From: Zootoca vivipara
Lineage: Eukaryota
Direction: 5' to 3'
Assembly (NCBI RefSeq): GCF_963506605.1
Contig: NC_083288.1
Location: 38,502,001-38,566,000 of the forward strand
DNA length: 64,000 bases
This document shows positions 63,257-64,000 of this stretch, in pieces (positions within the stretch are counted from its first letter, which is position 1; every line of letters begins with the position of its first letter). The position numbers were made by a program, and so were the translations under genes. Under the pieces are notes generated by a model. The model was not told where the DNA came from and did no database searches. It saw only the letters and a list, made by a program, of their open reading frames with translations.

Positions 63257-64000
63257 TCCTGCTCATTTTACTTACCGGTAGTTTCTGCTCATTGCCTCTG
63301 TGCCCTAAAGTCCTACCCTGAACGCACCACTATGTGCACCTGCACTTCCTGGAATGGAAAACCAGGGCCCAGTTTTCCCCAGTATTGCCAGGGTTTAGCT
63401 CATTGAAAGCGTTTGCTTGCTTGAGCACAGTTGCCACCAAAATTTGGGGGCGGCAGGACTCCTGCATTTTGAATAGATCGGTGCCAGGCAGAACCCTTCA
63501 ACGGAGTAAATTGTTAAAGATACAAGGTCCTTGCCAGGAAAAGTGGGACATAAACTTGAAAGTCTCTGTTGCTTTTAACGAAGTGGAAACATCTCAGCCG
63601 TGGCTCTAGCTGCCAGGATCAGTTCAGAAGTCTAGTGCTGTCTTAATATCTTTCTCCTGCATCAGCCTCTTTTCCAAGAGTAGTACCAGTGTGAGCCAAG
63701 TGCACAGACAAGCTTGTATCTATAGGATTTTGAACCATTAAGATGCTAGTGGCATCTTTTTTTTCCAGGGGAGGGGTGTTATTGGGTTGTTATTTTTATT
63801 TTGATTATAGATCTATATTGTGGTTTTAATGTTGGATCTTTTCTGTGAACCTCCCTGAGACCTCCAGGGTATAGGGTGGTTTATAAATTCAATAAGTAAT
63901 AAAATAATAGTGGCAGGCATGTGTGCATCATATCCTTAAATTTCCTTTTGGCATACTTGGGGCATTTTTCTCTAGACGCCCCCCCAAACAACAACTTTTA

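Overview
Vertebrate genomic DNA, almost certainly a squamate and probably a lacertid lizard (Sauria SINEs, BovB, Penelope-like hairpins, hAT MITEs). The window is orthologous to the human 16p13.3 THOC6/HCFC1R1/BICDL2/MMP25 region. Exons were assembled by hand from GT-AG sites and frame. Five genes: THOC6 (-, 10 coding exons, 3' end runs off the window start); HCFC1R1 (+, 5 coding exons, 244 aa); an intact 6-exon RAB35 paralogue (-, 202 aa) with no counterpart at this locus in human; BICDL2 (-, 9 coding exons, 524 aa); and the signal-peptide exon of MMP25 (+). Highlights: (1) the RAB35 paralogue sits beside BICDL2, mirroring human RAB35-BICDL1, and has an NKCE G4 motif instead of NKxD; (2) HCFC1R1 is long and carries CCDC117-like blocks; (3) THOC6 appears to have lost its first coding exon (ACG in place of ATG); (4) a symmetric triple tandem E-box array of CLOCK:BMAL1 type lies upstream of candidate unannotated exons; (5) one Penelope-type hairpin holds a minimal hammerhead ribozyme core; (6) MITEs carry ZNF143-like and YY1/ETS motifs. 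All comparisons to human proteins are from memory, not a database search. There is a 130-nt assembly gap at 33426-33555.
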